A program made the position numbers and the translations under genes. A model generated the notes under the pieces. The model saw only the letters and a program-made list of their open reading frames with translations. It had not been told where the DNA came from and ran no database searches. Below are positions 63,606 through 64,000 of a stretch of 64,000 nt of DNA, one piece after another. Numbering within the stretch: position 1 is the first letter of the stretch; each line of letters starts with the position of its first letter. Origin of the DNA: Eledone cirrhosa (Eukaryota); NCBI GenBank assembly GCA_964016885.1, contig OZ024740.1, positions 77,314,001 to 77,378,000 on the forward strand, written 5' to 3'.

Positions 63606-64000
63606 CTTGTTAATCTTTTTTTTCTCACCAATAAAGACATAGCCAGATTCTAACCAAGAAACAAGTCTCTTTAATTGAAATTAGACAATAAACTAGGTAA
63701 TTATATAAGTCTGGCTAGATGTTTGTGTGTGTGTGTAACAGAAAGAGTGAGTATGAGAGAGAGTGGGGGAGTGGGGGGAGGGAGAAAGTGATAGAAAGAT
63801 TGTGTGTGCATGCGTGTATGTGTTATATGTGCGTGTGCAGGTACAGATGTTATTGCAGGTATGAATGTGTGTTTTGAGTTATATATACAGATAGACATAT
63901 GGTTCTATATCTATACGTAAATATATACAGTTATTACATGCTAAACTTTTGGATTGTTTTACACATTTTTACTACTCCATTAATAGACTGTACTTGCGAT

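Overview
Eukaryotic, repeat-saturated window with no intact host protein-coding gene. The SINEs resemble octopus/cephalopod families as I recall them (not database-verified). Bases 1 to ~36,750 are one G/T-rich satellite array with a 74-bp monomer (62/68/74/80/86-bp variants built from GTTGRT hexamers) and nested higher-order duplications; all ORFs called there are artefacts. The remaining ~27 kb is a transposon and microsatellite graveyard: a decayed mariner, Tx1/L1 and RTE LINE remnants, CORE/tRNA SINEs, and two divergently oriented Penelope-like elements (PLEs). One PLE has RT plus a partly deleted GIY-YIG; the other is a GIY-YIG-only remnant. The most striking signal is a cluster of about ten type I hammerhead ribozyme (HHR) motifs between 42.5 and 59.5 kb, from at least seven unrelated sequence families. 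Most sit in short non-coding cassettes (promoter motifs, then HHR, usually then AATAAA) next to (TA)n tracts. Several form long inverted repeats, including a perfect spacerless 442-bp palindrome and one inverted arm that starts at the predicted ribozyme cleavage site.
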